DNA of 62,247 nt, the filler included, from Choristocarpus tenellus KU-1152 (lineage: Eukaryota; Protista; Phaeophyceae): NCBI GenBank assembly GCA_964200185.2. It is 10 parts of 10 records of this genome, joined end to end, with 100 filler letters (N's around TTAATTAATTAA, not from the genome) between each part and the next. Parts side by side here need not be neighbours in the genome. Positions count along the whole stretch, not along the records: positions 7,764 to 13,831 come from CAXNAD020009024.1; positions 13,932 to 25,806 come from CAXNAD020002085.1; positions 25,907 to 28,954 come from CAXNAD020022707.1; 7 more parts are not named here. One strand, written 5' to 3'. Both the position numbers and the translations under genes were made by a program. Below the pieces are notes generated by a model. That model worked only from the letters and a program-made list of their open reading frames with translations. It was not told the DNA's origin and ran no database searches. Positions 13,015-27,299 of this stretch are shown in pieces (within the stretch, counting starts at the first letter, position 1; each line of letters starts with the position of its first letter).

Positions 13015-13734
13015 ATGGACGATCAATAGTGAAGACAGTTCTTGTAAAATTCAAGGTTTCAAATAACTCGATGAAGTTATTTTTTTTTATACCCCTTTTC
13101 TCCTCCATTTGTACTGCTAATTTAAGCTGTACGTCGTAGTGACAGATCTACCTCGTCGTAGTGACATGTACCAATGAAAACAAAATGTTGTCTTATCTTG
13201 CCACTCCCGTCAACGATGCAGAGGAAACATACACTCTTCACTTGTCCTCTATTATTGATGCCGTAATCTTTGACATCACTACAGCTACCTGGATATTGAC
13301 TTCACTGCAATTACCTATTGTTGTGGTCACAAGGGCAGGGGCAGCAGTGTTGGAATGCCATACGTGCAACTAACTGAGAAACAGTTTCTCGTACAGCAAT
13401 TTAATTTAGATGCATTTCGATGAAGAGGAAAATAGAAAATATGGAGGAATGCTGTTGTTCGCACAAGCTATAATCAACCATGCATTTCCTTGTTTTTCCT
13501 TGAAAAGGTTGAGTGAGGTAGGCAGGTCTTGTGGGGAGTGATTTAACGCCTTTTGCTAAGACTTCAATTTCCTCTCTGACGAGACTGACAAAGCTCTACA
13601 AGATTTTAAGGGTGTTTCCTTCTAAACGGATTACTTTAAACAAGCGTGCTGCAACCATAAAACATGAATTTTGTATTCTACTGCACTCAACTTTATTAGT
13701 ACTATGATTATTTGCAACAGTTCAATCAATAACA

Positions 13735-13831
13735 GTGGATTTCAAAAATTGAAGGTGGAGCATACTATGGAGGATGGGTTTGACCCAAAATAAAAAAAAA
13801 AAAAGTGTCGATATGTTTTTTTTTGTAAATG
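13735..13831 (+). repeat. Dispersed repeat shared with 30980-31056
   Basis: GATTTCAAAAATTGA..GGATGGGYTTGACCCAAAAT..AAAGTGTCGATA..TGTTTTTTTTGTAA in both contigs. Confidence 0.7.
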
Positions 13832-13931
13832 NNNNNNNNNNNNNNNNNNNNNNNNNNNNNNNNNNNNNNNNNNNNTTAATTAATTAANNNNNNNNNNNNN
13901 NNNNNNNNNNNNNNNNNNNNNNNNNNNNNNN

Positions 13932-13998
13932 AAAATTGCGACATGAAAAAATTGACCCCAAATGGACAGCCGCCACCCCCTCCCAGATACTTTGAGCC
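13932..13998 (-). mobile_element. MITE family C, short-spacer end (truncated at contig start)
   Basis: CCAAATGGAC-17 bp-AGATACTTTGAGCC. Confidence 0.85.
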
Positions 13999-14961
13999 AG
14001 TGGGAAGTCAACCATGTTGCATTCGACAGGATTCAAAAACCTCGTTAACCTGTCAAAACAGGTGTCCATTGGGATGCCTAGGACAAAGCCCCCCTGTTGT
14101 TTGAGCGGCTCGCTCATCCCGTCGTCGCCCATTGGCCCCAATTCTTCGACCCAGAAGTCTGTCCGGGTTCAGGACTTGAACACCCTGATGAAGAACAGCT
14201 TGGTGGCCCAATGCCTGGAGGCGAATGGGTGCGAGACTTAGATGGCTCGGGGGATGGCGCTGACCATCGCAGAGGACTTCAGAATTTCCTTAATAACGGT
14301 GTTCCACCATCTGGTGGAGGATGACAGCCAGATCGCACGGGGTGGATGCATGGACCTTGTACGATGATAGAAGGGGTGATGTGGCCGCTGGACAAGTATC
14401 CTCGACATTCAGGATGTCCCCGTGGTACACCCCACATCCTTCCACAGATGGGTGACCAAAGCTGTGGTTTCTCTTGCCTCTTTGTGGGATCTATTCAAGT
14501 GCACGAAGGTGAAGAAGGTCAAGCAGTGGATTGAGTCAGTCCTCTTAGACCAGCAGAAAGTCAACAGCGTGGGTTTTGCCATCAGCCACACGCACAGGAG
14601 GCAGAAGTGGGGTATTAGTGGACAATCTATATATGATATTTTCAGCCAAACCGAGAGGTAGGCAGGTTTGCACCCTCTTGCATTCTAAGCCATATTTCTT
14701 ACCCTGTGCAATACACTCTATTTAATTGCTGTAGGTGCATAATATTGTATGTAAAATTGATATCCAGTCTTTCCACACACAGAGTGAAACTATGATTCAC
14801 TAAAGGCTCTTTCTCTAGTTGTACAAGATGGCGTCGTACCGTCCTTTGTCAAGTTCTGTCTCTTCCTTGGTTTGACTCTTCGATATTTGATATTCAGTAT
14901 AAAAAAATATCAATGAATTATCAATGTTGAAATGATAAGTTAGAAAGATTGTATATATATT

Positions 14962-15240
14962 TTATTATTATGCCCTCTGACATTTTCCAGACGTGTCAGG
15001 GAGAAAACCAGGGAAAACTATTCACATACCACTATAAACCCTAAAGAAACCCTAAAGAAGTAAAATGTGTCACAAATGTAAGAAACACTAATCTATTTGT
15101 TATTTCGCTACTATTACTACCTTCCTTCCTGTGCCTCCAATCTACCTATTCCTGCACCCCAGGGTGAGGAGCTAGGGAGGGGAGGCATCCCAATAATCCA
15201 ACAAACCTCTCCTTTCCCATCTCCCTGCTCACTCTACCTT
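14962..15240 (-). mobile_element. 5'-truncated copy of the CRE-like non-LTR element 3' end
   Basis: (TTA)n-TGCCCTCTGACATTTT..TGTCAGGG hairpin and GGAGCTAGGGAGG..CATCC..AATCCAACAAACC shared with 48760-49050. Confidence 0.8.
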
Positions 15241-15885
15241 ACTATATTGAATATTTTCCACCACTGTGACATATTATTGGGAGATGGAGAAGATAACAGC
15301 ACTGTTAGTGTATATTACTATGTCGTTGGACATTCTGCAGACATTTCCAGGAAAAGGCCAACCAATATCACAACCGTCCTTCTTAGAGTAACTAACGGTA
15401 GTTTTGGATATGTTGGATACCTGTCCAATTATGTCGTTAGGGTTCAGTGTAAAATGTTGTGGGGAGAAAAGAAACGTAGGAAGAAGAACACAAGTCAGAA
15501 GATACCAGACATATCATCGTAGTAGAGTTGTCTATTCGATTTCCATGTATATATTTCATGTACCTACTAAAATACTGAGAGTACAAATCACCCTTTGCCA
15601 ACCGATCTCGATACAGAAATATAGAAGAAAACTATTGATCAATTTTCCACAATCTTAAGGATACACAGATCTAATCCAATCACTGTTTGTTTGCCCTCCA
15701 GCACTATTTTACTGATTTATTAGTACTGCTACCACTACTCCTATTGTTCGTATGACACCCTTGAAATTCTCGCAAGGTTTCCCGAGTAGATGACACCATC
15801 AACCTTGCGCACGGCGGTCCCAGTGTGACTCGACCATCGTAAGGGCACATACTGAAGAGGGAAGCTAAGAATCTGCAATCTCAAG

Positions 15886-18800
15886 ATGGGTGGGATAGAT
15901 CTGAGATTCAGAGAAAACATGTCAATGACAAAGGACCGATGTTATAGAAAGTCGATAGCAAGTCGTCAATGCTGGCGATCATGGTACAGGAGAGGTGGAG
16001 TTGCAGCATTCTTCTTTTTACCACTAGTTGCACAAGGTAATGGGTGCTTTTTTGAGTGTTTGTCGAGCTTGACTTGAACAGGGTCTCAATGGTTACGAGC
16101 AAGCAAGGACGGTGCACTATATCGAAAATCTCATGTCCATTGGGTGGAGGAGTTTGCATAGTTGGAGTATTGAAGATTGTTGTACTCTTCATAGGAATGG
16201 GCAATGGATTGACAAAAGTGCTGACCTAGGATGATATTGCACTGATTAAGAAAGGGCAGGAAAGATGATGAGTTCGGGTCGAAAGACTTGCCTCAGCCTC
16301 TCCCCCTTTTCTGGGCGTCTCGCTTTCTGACTTGTGCTCATCCCACAACTCCCCATCGCCCAACTCACTCCAATAAAATACGACTCTGCTCTCTCCCCTT
16401 CCCGCTGCCCTTCTGTAGCACATCCACTTAACATATCAATAGGTGAGGAGGGATGGAGGGTACGGAAGCTAGAGGTTCACACATACCTCCATGCTGTTGT
16501 CGGTGATTGGGGAGAGTGCAACGCCGCTTGCATCAGAAGTAGGGTGGTAATGTGCTCCACAAGGGAGGGTCGATTGGTTGCTAACGATATCTGCGGGGAT
16601 GAGCTCCCCCCCATGGAAGAGTCCTGTCACGACGGGAAGTGCGTGGCAGGGGGCAAAGGGAGTGAGAAATCTGGGCATAGTGACTCTGCCACAGAGAGTC
16701 GGGTTGATCTGCTGCCAGTCTCTAAGGCAGTAGACCTTGACAGTGCTGGAGAAGGTCCATCAGCACAGCAACAAAGTAGAAATGGGGCTAAGGGAAAAAG
16801 AACGAGTGAAAGAACAAACAAAGAGAGTTCAATTGAGGGAGTTGATCCTGGAGAAAAAGGTGGGGATTTGCGAAAGGAGGTATCTTCACAAAGATCAAAA
16901 AATGGTGACAAGAAGAATGTTGTTGGCTGGGGGGAGTCACATCAGTGGCCATCCAAGTTAGAGACAGCTGATCCTGATTCAGGGTCAAATGAGGGAGAAA
17001 AAGGCAGGAGTGAGGGCAAGGGAATTTCTGGTGGTGGTGGAGATAGCGGGACAAAGGAAGAAGTGGGGGGCCAGGGGGTAAGGGGAAAAAACACTATCAC
17101 CAAAAGCACTTGGGGAGAAGGCAAGAGTGTGGATGAGACTTTAAACAAGGAGTTGCTGCGATGGCCACATGGAAAGCGGGGGTCTTCCAAGGTTAGGCCC
17201 CCGGTGTTGGACTTGTAGTTGTGAACCTAACTCAACACAGAATTGACTTGTGTGGTAATTACATGGGAAGGATACTTAAAAGATTTTAGGTGAGGGTACA
17301 ACCTACGCAATCAGATCAAACTGGATGCCAGAATACTTGACGTTAAAATTACTTTTTCTTTCCACCTTCTGGGCATCAATCTCATAAATATAAATATTTC
17401 AAGCATTTTGTATTCGGCAGGTATTGGCTCTGTGCCTTTTTGGGCAGTATGAACAGTTTGGTGGCAAGGGAGGAATGTTTAGTTGTACAAATTCTACCTG
17501 TTTCTCCAGCTACGAAAAAGAGCGCCACTGAACTTGTTAGAATGTCTGGGGGCTGAGGTTTATCATTCATGTATGTATGTATGTATGTATTTCCCTTTTC
17601 TCTTGGGGGACATAACAAAATTTGGATTCATTTAGTCAGCAGCTTTTGATTAATTGGAAAATGCCTGCTTGTCTTTGATCGTTGTTAGAAACTTCGTATT
17701 TTGGTGAATACAGGTGATTGTGGAGTGTAGCGTGGGGTATATTAAGGGAGACCATTTGTTTTTAGACACAGATGGGAATACGCTTTTTCTACCTTTGGTG
17801 TGCATAAACTGTTCTTACTTGTGCCTGGGCGCTTCACCAGAGTTTTTTTTTTGCAGCAGTATCAGACTACGGGTTGGCAGTGGGTGCACAATGAACTTGT
17901 AGTGGAGGGAGGGGAGGTTTAGCTACAATTACTGCTTTGCTGACCCATGATTGATTGATGACTCCTGGAAATGCCAGCATAAACTACTTGTGACTCTCTC
18001 TTTTTGATCGGTTTATCCCCACTCCCACCTAACACAGGATCCATCATTCATGATAGAAGGGTATGCATACAAGCAAGTCGTTGCTGCAGGTATTATGACT
18101 CCTTGGGGTGAGATTGTTTACACAAATGCAGCAGCCCGTAAGTGACTGACTGAATCTCCCACTTTCGACTTGTACTTTTACAGGCAGAGACAGGAGAAGT
18201 CACTGATCATCCCAGCGTTGGGTATGGTGTAGACAGTAATTCCGCATCCCCCACAACCCTAGCTGCCCACACCAATGGTGTGATGGGTGGCTCCAGGGGA
18301 GTGGAGGGGGGTGGGGGGCGGCTGGAGAGCATTGGGAACAAGGTTCAGGGTACAACAGGCTATGCTAATTCCCACTCATGGACAGTGTTGGCGGTGGGTT
18401 TAACCGCAGTCGGCTCCTTCCTTGGGGTGCTAGTGCTGGCTATCAGGCAATATCATAAGGTGCCAAGATTGCAAACAGAAGGACGTGTTACGCTGAGTGG
18501 ATTGATGGTAGGAGGATACAATAAGCATTTTTATGGTGAAAGTGTAATGTTTTAACAGGGGGATTGATGGAAGGAGGATACAGCACTGCGAGAATTAAGC
18601 TCCAAAAAAGGGGGTGAGGAGGGGGGGAATTGTTCTTCTCTCCCACCACCTGTCTCACTGTAGATGGCATCATTATTGAACAGTGGTCTCTGTTTATTGG
18701 AGGATTAATTGACTGGCGTTCATTCTTCCCAGACTGGACTTGGTCTGCCCCTCCCCTACCCTGCGAGATTAATTCTCCTCACCATATTCTATCCCTCCCG

Positions 18801-19094
18801 TTTTATCCCTCAACCATAACCCTAACCCAGGAACAGATGGTCACAAGTAAGGTGTTTGAAGCAGCCCTGAACAATCCTGAGGAGCCAAAGCCTAGCAGCA
18901 ATGGCTACGATGGGTTGGTTGGTGGGGGGGGGGGGTATGACGATCGCGATGGGGGCTACAGCTATGGGATAGTGAATCCTTTTTGTAACAATGATGTCAA
19001 CGGCAGTGCTAGCTCATCAAGCTCATCGGTCTCTAAGAAATCTTGTAGGGTAAGGGAGTACAACTCGGTGGAGATGTCGGTGTTCAAGCTGTGA
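15886..19094 (+). CDS. Single-pass membrane protein with a thrombospondin type-1 (TSP1) domain; exons 15886-16036, 16443-17191, 18038-18137, 18263-18459, 18831-19094
   Basis: VGDWGECNAACIRSRVVMC..C..PPMEESCHDGKC is a TSP1 motif; G/S/E/K-rich stalk; TM helix WTVLAVGLTAVGSFLGVLVLAI; intron phases 1,0,1,0 join in frame. First exon is less certain. Confidence 0.75.
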
Positions 19095-20386
19095 GGTATC
19101 GAGCAGGTGCTAGCTACCATGAACCTTTTTTTGTGTTCTCTTTGATTCTGTTATTTGAAAAGGATAAGTGTTTATGAAATTCAAGTATTATTTATGTTGT
19201 AGACAAAAATGTATGCGAGCGGTTTATTTATTTATTTTTTTGTCTTTTTTGTTGTTGTGTGCACGTTATGAATGTGGGGAGTAGGGTATTGTGTTTTTTT
19301 ATTGGGGGTCCGGATTGGGGGATAGCACGGTTTGATCTGTGTGTGTATGCCGGGCCTACCATTATGGTCCTGATAATCAAAGTATTACCACTTTGGGGGC
19401 AGCACAGCACAGCCACAGGAGAAGTGGGTCGAAACCCTCGTCTGCTCGAGATTTCAGGAAGACGGCGATGAGGGAGGGTATTTCTCAGGTGCCCATTCAC
19501 ATTGCATAAGGTGCATGTGTCAGTGCTGTGTGGGTGTGGTTGATGGATTTATTTATTTTCTCAGGATTTGGATCGTTTCACATGTTTTTCTCACACTATC
19601 GTCGGTTTTATCACTTTTTGCGCAGAAGGCATGGCATGTATGTATGTATGGGTAGTTCCACTGTACCGGTAACTCACGAACGCATTACTCGAGTGTCTTT
19701 CTGTGAAAATATAGGATTGTGTTTGTTGTACAGTCTTGGTCAAGGCGTAGGTAGAGGATTGTGTTTTCCCCTACAGCCAGTAGGTGCCGGTCACACTTTT
19801 TTTTTTTCGCTCTTTTTCTTTTGCGGTCTGCAGAAATTTTTTCGAGGTGGACAGAAATTTCTTCAGGAAAATTTTTGTTATCGAGGTAGTAGTTGATTGT
19901 GGTACCACATATCGTTGCCAACTCAGACTTTATCGTGAACATGATATTGAAAAAGGAATTGCAGTGCACAATCTACAAAAAAAAATGACACCAATGCTTG
20001 GTTCTTGAGCTTGGGATTGGTTTTATGTCTACTCAGATGCTATTATTTAGCAAAGCTTGCTTTGCATGTGGGAGTACCCTCCCTCCCCCGTGGCTCCACA
20101 ATCTGTAGCGAAATGATTGTAGGTGCCTTTCTCTGGCAAGGAACAATATATCATAGTATAATTGAAGGTTGCATCATAGGGAGGTACATAAATCGATTTT
20201 TTTTTTAAAGGGAAGGGGGGAAAGAAACTTTTCCTGGGTTTTGTTCCTTATCCTGTATCCTGTCTCATATGAAGGTGATGGCTTGGACGTATTTTACTTT
20301 TTTTTACCAAAAGCTATCCAAAAATAAATTAAAAAATCTGAAAAGGAGGATGGCGTATCTCGATTTTCCTTTCGCGACAAGCGTGA

Positions 20387-20422
<36 letters not shown>

Positions 20423-22023
20423 AGAGTTACGTAAATGGGCGTAGGTTTTGGTTTGACTGTAAGATATTCGCATTCAATGATGCACGGCCCCAAATGTTTG
20501 CTGGCAACATCTAGTCTTGCCTTTGATGCTGTACATCACAGCTGTGCAGCACAGGTTCAGTTTCTGCTACGAGGTGGTACAAATAGCACTATTTCTTTTT
20601 TATTTCCATGCCAGCCTTTGAAATGTTGTGTACCCCAGAGGTTTGGGACCTCCAGTGTTACAAGTCGCACTGCTGTGGAAGGTGGGTCCGCTTGAGAGAA
20701 GAGGATTACCCCCAACCAGGCGTTGAGGGGATCAGCAGATCGGTGTGATGTTGTCAGGTATATACCATGTATATTTACTTCGAAGTATATATATATACCA
20801 CTGGTGGTATATCTTCAATACTTCATACCGTCATTAGTTTTTTTAACGGTAACAGTAGTTAGTCGTACCTTTCCGACGACACTGATGGTTTCATACCTGG
20901 TATCGTAGTTTTTGTTTGGAATTTTTGTTAGTGCTTGCTTTTTGAAAAGACAGAAGGTAATTGTCTGTTGTACAATTTTCTTATCTGCTGTGAGAGAGTG
21001 CAGGCGTAACGGCCAACCTGAGGTTTAGACATTCGTTGGTTGTAGTGTTGATCATTTCAAAGGGGATTCACAGTGCAGAAACTCTTTTTTATTCCCCCAC
21101 TTCTCTTGCAGGGGAGAGGAATCGACTTCGACTAGCAACGTCGGATGTCAATGAATGAATGCAGTGAATGATCATGACCAGTGCGTTAAATGCTTTTCTG
21201 GTGAAGTAGTCTGCGTTTTAATTGTTGTTGTGTCGAAGGGTACTCCGAGCACAGTAGTACGTCAGCAATCCGACAAGAAATGGATATCCCATCAATCGCT
21301 CGATCTAGCCCTCATTCTTACTTCTTAGAGACGGAAGGGGGGGCTGTGTTGTCAGTGAGAACTACGGAGACCATTGCAGGTATGCCTTGCACGCATTATG
21401 TGTTTCATCCATCCTTTTGTGCCCAAGAAGATTGTTGATGGGAGAGAGTCACAAACAAGTAACAATCGATGAATGATGCTACTGACATGTGGAGAGTGCC
21501 TCAATTTATGTATGTATATATATATACATATATATATATATACTTGATGCCTGCTTACCAATAGTATTCTTCCTCAATGTACTAGCTGTGAACTACTCTC
21601 CCCACCCTTGTTTCTGAATACATAATTTCTCCACGTCACTTTATATGTAGCAGGAATCAATCGACGCAGTAGATCTCCTTTTGTCTTTTAGGACACTCCC
21701 AACATGTTCCTCAGAGAGCAGACAACTACAACAAGACTATATATATAGTCGCCGACAACTACTTCCCCCTTTTTTTTTCCTCTAAAATTCTTTTGTCTAG
21801 TGGTATTGCCATTAGACCATTCACACTACGTAATGGTACTATTCCGAACAACTATGGCGTAGATACGTATGGTCGACAGTCAAAACGCCCATCAGGCAAG
21901 GAGCTAATTCAACTAAACTTTAACTTTTTTCACAAGGTGATTTGGGTCAGGTAGAATATCGCAAAAGGTACAATCCGCCAAACACATCTCCATCACGGTG
22001 TCCAATGAGATGGCCATGACAGT

Positions 22024-22287
22024 GAGCCAATGTATTATCTCAGAGGGTAGAGCCTCGTCCATTTGGCGGCCAAAATCCAATGCTGTGATTTTGGTGTAAT
22101 TTTGGCTATCGTGTTTGCTAGGAAGTGTCAATATCCATATTCTGGACACACCATTTCATAACGAATTTTTATTTTACCTACTCCGAAATATTTTGGAGTA
22201 GGAAAATGTCATTAAAAAAAACATGGGAAGCCAAGCCCCAAATGGACAAACAGGGCAAAACTCGAACCCTCTAAGATACTGTCACTC
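22024..22287 (+). mobile_element. MITE family A, full length, diverged
   Basis: Aligns end to end with 47535-47796; flanks CAGT / (C)AGT. Confidence 0.9.
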
Positions 22288-22899
22288 AGTACGCCCCCCG
22301 TGTGTGCCCCTTCCAAGTTGCTGACAAACAAAGAACTTCCCGGCGTGTACAACACCTATATCCCCATGTACATGTGCAGTAAAAGTCTCCACTTCTGTAC
22401 AGAACATATCAATCTCTTCTCATGTCTCATATGAGGAGTATTTGCAAGTGTAATGTTGATATTTTATTTCATCTTTTATATGGAAGCTGACTTCCTGATG
22501 TGGTTGATAGTGATGCCTCTTGAAGTGCTCTAACCGGAGCAGTTGCCAGCCCACGAAAAAAGCATTGGTTAAGTAGAGTTACTTGGGCTTAGACTGCCTC
22601 TGTCAGATGTGGTCTTGGACAAAGTATAACAGCGGGTTGAAACACAAAGCTGTTTCTGATTTTTTTCTCGTTCTAGCATAAAATATTGCATCGATCAGTA
22701 TTTTAGAGTTGCTTCCAACTCTTCATTTATTAGCTTGACTCTCTCTCTCTCTCTCTCTCAAGTAAGTTTGTTCGAGCAAGAGAGAGTCAGAAACATTCAT
22801 AGGGGCATGCACTTCATATATTGTAGGTAGAGAAGGAGATGAATTAACGAGTTGATAGCCTTGTTGTCCAAGCATTGCTACATATAAAGGGTGATTTGT

Positions 22900-25600
22900 G
22901 TTTATTTTCTGTATCCGGTGCAGTAGAGTGACAAAAGAAAGGTTTAATAATGGCAATGACTTAAGCTGCTACAAGTCGCTCCCTCAAGGACTGAAACTGT
23001 GCATACCATTATTACGCTCCCACCACGAACCGAAGCTAGATCAGTCACTCTGATTCTAGGATGCAAATGTGAAGCAAGCCTAAAGACTGCAGTCAACCAT
23101 TGGCAAACACCTTTCTTTATAGTCTGTTGGTGCTCATGAATATGACACAAGATCCCTTTGGAGAAATCAACCCTTTTGGTTCTCTCTCTCCCTTTCTCAT
23201 TTGATTTAGACAATACTTTGTACTCCGGAGAAGTTATCAACCTCCAGAATACTTGAAAGAAACACTCATACAGTTCTAACACACACACACATATTTGAAG
23301 GCCTCTCCCTCCAAAACTGCACTGACAATAACCTTGAGTAACAATTATACAGCAGCTACCTGTACACACAATTTCAATAGCAACTTGCGATCAACATGAT
23401 GCAGCCACAGGAGTAGCATTTTACAGCAACAATACGAGTCTAATATACAAATACATTAGTAGTGGTAGTTGTTCGTCCATTGCCTCGCCAGGGCATGCAA
23501 CACACAGAGTATCAACTGGCCTCAACTACACAAATGTGCTCTTCATGTACAGCTTTTTGAACCACAAGTTAGAGGAGATCAAACGTGCTGTGACAAAACC
23601 AAGGCAAGGTCCACTCGATCCCTCACATCTGAAGCATGAGTGTCCCTCTTAAGTCAACAGTTGGAATTTGACCAATACTGGGACAGTAGTCGCAGAGTAC
23701 TTCCTAAGCAAGTGTGCCAAGGTTAGCCATGCTTTGGTCCCTTAACTCAAGGCTTGTTCAGATACCTGAAACATATGTGTAGCAGAAATTGGATACATAC
23801 ATAGAATTGAACATACACAGACTTGTGTCACAATGGTGCTGAAAATGTTACTCAAAGTTAGAGCAGTTCACAATAAAGCACATCTGCCTATGAGTGTGAC
23901 CTCATCCATTGCGTACAACCAACACCATCACTCTGAGGTCACCGTACTCAAAACGGAGTCCACCAACCGCCAACTGCCTCTTAAACCTAAGGATGATTAA
24001 AGTGTACCTCATGTGCACAAATACCTCAAAATACGTGTCTTCCGCTAGTAAGCAACTACAACAATGCTTGGAATTAGGACACCTTACAATCAGACTGCTA
24101 AGGTGCCTGCTCTAGTGCACAACAAGAAATACCACCAGCAAATTAACAAACTGCTATGAGCTGCACACCTACACATGTAGACTGCTGTGCCCCCATGCAC
24201 CCCTTGAAGGCCAGTGAGTGCAGTGTAAATGGCTCAAGGCACTGTAATGGTCCAAGGGTAAGGAGGTGCTCGATCTTCTGCAGAGGGCAATTATAAGGAG
24301 TTTGCCTGATGTGCGGGGGCCCTCAGCAATAGATTTTCAATACGCTGTTTTGCTATAGTTATTTCCTTAGAGGTGTACGGGGTATCAGCTCCAGGAGGAA
24401 TGCTGAGATGTTCTTCCCTCTCAGCAGTACCTCTTATTGTTCCCAAGAGAGTATCTATTTTGGATTGTCGACTTGTTGTCCTCAGGTCTAGTCCCTTGAT
24501 GAGCAGCTGTTGCAACATCTGCCATATTTTATGAGCACATTTGTTGAGAATTATTGTGAGCATGGTGCATTCGGTTGCCCGGCCATATTCCCACCAGGAG
24601 TCAATAATGTCCGCATGCGCCCTTTTGGTCACAGATAAGAGTACTAGTGTGCAAGACAGTTCCAGCATTAATGAGTGGCTGCTCCTTTGCCTTACAATGA
24701 ACAAATACTGGATAACCTTTGACCAGATACACTATCTATGATTGGAAGTATATGCGTTGCAGCTCCAGCCCCCCGCAACACTCTCACAACCACAACTGGA
24801 TTATATTTGTTCAAGAAATCGATGAGAAAAGCAGGCGTACAAACCCTCAAAACATTTGTGGGTACATATCGTGTACGGTTTACTCTTACATAGTAAGACA
24901 ATGAGCGAGTCACCAGCCTCTGCGCTAACATGGAATGCTACTCAAAAGCCTCACATTTATCTCAAGTACCCGACGACGCAGCCTCCGCTTCTGTGTCTGA
25001 ATAATTGCTTCCGTGCGGGATGGCACTTCTGGGTTGTTGGTGTCTGAGTTTTTATCCGATCCACCAGGAAACCTTACAGGAGAGATATGAGGTTTCGCTT
25101 CTACCGGGCCTTCCATCCCACCTTCTACATCCACGGAGGGTTCATGCTCGTGTTGGCAAGGTGAGTGCACAAAGGCTGGTATAGTAGACACCGGGCTTCG
25201 CCTGGGTGGGCTTCGAGGAGTAGATGGTGCTCGATCGGCCTCTGGCGTTACAAGTTTGCCCTGGTGTATGTCGAGGAGAGAGTCGATCGAAGGGGGAGAA
25301 AGAAGTAGGCAAAGAAGGAGCAGTGGACACGCAGCACGAAGTTCCATCAGTACTAACAATGTTGTGAAACAGTGCTGAAAACGTCGAGTTCCACATGTTA
25401 CTTTGACTACTTTGATTATCTCACTTCGACCGATCAAGTATTACCACCTTCATCGGCTTCTGTGTCTTGGTGTTCGAAATCTCTTTCTGGCTGCTCATCA
25501 CCCTTGCCAGCGCCTCTTCCAGCCCCCTCCTTTGATCATCGAAAGTTTTTTCAAGTTTGCTGAGTGGGGACAGGGAACCCATCTTGACCCTTCGTAGATT
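22900..25600. mobile_element. Probable decayed retroelement remnant, unclassified
   Basis: Intronless, stop-riddled coding-like sequence; weak tyrosine-recombinase-like SVRGG motif near 23020 on the minus strand. Confidence 0.25.
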
Positions 25601-25647
25601 ACAAGGAAGAGCAAAGAGGTGAAAAGGAGGAGTGCATGGGAGAGGTA

Positions 25648-25806
25648 GGTTCAAAGTATCTGTGAGAGGGTGGCGGCTGTCCATTTGGGGTCGTTTTTAC
25701 ATGTTGCGAGTTTTGGGTGATTTGGTTGCATACGTCGGATGATTACTGTAAATACACTTTCCTGATTTTGACCCAAATGGACACCCTTGTGTAGACCCCC
25801 CCCCCC
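25648..25806 (+). mobile_element. MITE family C, right TIR lost at contig end
   Basis: GGTTCAAAGTATCT-17 bp-GTCCATTTGGGG...CCAAATGGACACCC..poly-C. Confidence 0.9.
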
Positions 25807-26107
25807 NNNNNNNNNNNNNNNNNNNNNNNNNNNNNNNNNNNNNNNNNNNNTTAATTAATTAANNNNNNNNNNNNNNNNNNNNNNNNNNNNNNNNNNNNNN
25901 NNNNNNAAGACCGTTTTCGCAAAACAACCATCCTCATAGTCCCGCTCCATCCTCAATTTTGAGAATCCACTGTTTTATGGTGTCGCAAGTGAGACACATG
26001 GATAACTCAGCAGGATTATTGCTCAACAGGGTGCAAAATGTTCGTCTTTGAGTGTGTGTGATTCTGTAGTCAAGTGGGTATACTGTACATGTAAATGTTG
26101 TAGCAAG

Positions 26108-26275
26108 GGCTCGAAGTATCTGGAGCTGTCCATTTAGGGCCAATTTTTCATGTCGCGATTTTTGGGTGATTTGATTACATAAGTCGGATGGATAATAAAA
26201 GTGCACTTTTCGTGATTATGGTCCAAATGGACACCCTGGTGTAGATCCCCCGCCCCCCGCCAGATACTTTGGGTC
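26108..26275 (+). mobile_element. MITE family C, nearly complete (left spacer partly deleted)
   Basis: GGCTCGAAGTATCT...AGATACTTTGGGTC; flanks CAAG / CAAC (3 of 4 match). Confidence 0.9.
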
Positions 26276-27299
26276 CAACATGTGTAAGGATCAAGCACAC
26301 AAGATGATGTTGCAATGGGTATATATGGTAGAAGGAATAATATCTTTGCTACTCCCTCTGTCTGATAGGTCTGGGCCGTTGAGTTGCAGCTCTTCGGGAT
26401 GATCTCCCATTACAAAACGGACTTTTGAGTTGGGTTCCTAGAAGTATTTAACATTAGAAGTCCAAATTTCAAAGGATTCTACATATAATTCTGTTCTGAA
26501 ATTGTTCCGAAATAATGGAACAGAGAATGGGGCATATCCTTACTTTCTCTGTCCCGTAAGTCTATCTCGTCTCGTTATGTTTTTTTTTTTTTGAATAACC
26601 TTCTTAAATGTGAGATTCAGATACTATAAATAATGTCGATCGATAGCCAACAACATTGGCTTGCGCATAATTATCTTCAAAATATTTTTTCATTTCGAAA
26701 TGGTCGAGAAACCACCTTCAGGGGACAAAAAATTCTTTTCGGAATGGCAAATTTAGCAAAAACAGCAAACCAGCAAAAAAATGCTGGGAATTATCAAGAA
26801 TCCGCCATAACCCCTCAACTAGAGCTCCGATGAAGACGCCGTTAGTTGGGTTGTCTTCCTTGGCGTTTTTGCATTAAATTAACTGCTCGTCACTCTCATT
26901 CTCTACCTCAATCCACCAAGTTGTGACCGCGTTGTACGCATCTCTGTCAATGGAAATCAAGTGATACAGAACTTTCTGAATCTCATATTTGAAAAAGTTC
27001 TTCACAAAAAACCTCTACGACCCAGACCTATGGGAGATCGAGAGTATAATTTCGTCTGAGACACAGATACGAACACAGCAACCGCGGACCACACCTCCAC
27101 TTAGATTCTTTGGGTGCATTTATTACAGTGTGGATCCTGCAGCTCCTATCACCGATGTTTTCCATGTGCCAGGAGGTATGATGAGGGGAGTCCCTCACCC
27201 CCATGAACTTACATAAACTTTGAAAAATACCCTTGCACCGCTCATTTTGAGTGGCAGCGAGTAGATTGCAAATGTATTTTTTATGAGTACAATTGCCTA

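Noticed and set aside
14000-14660. Possible RLE non-LTR remnant (MDLV..DVPVVHPT)
   Set aside because: Similarity too weak and fragmented to support a call
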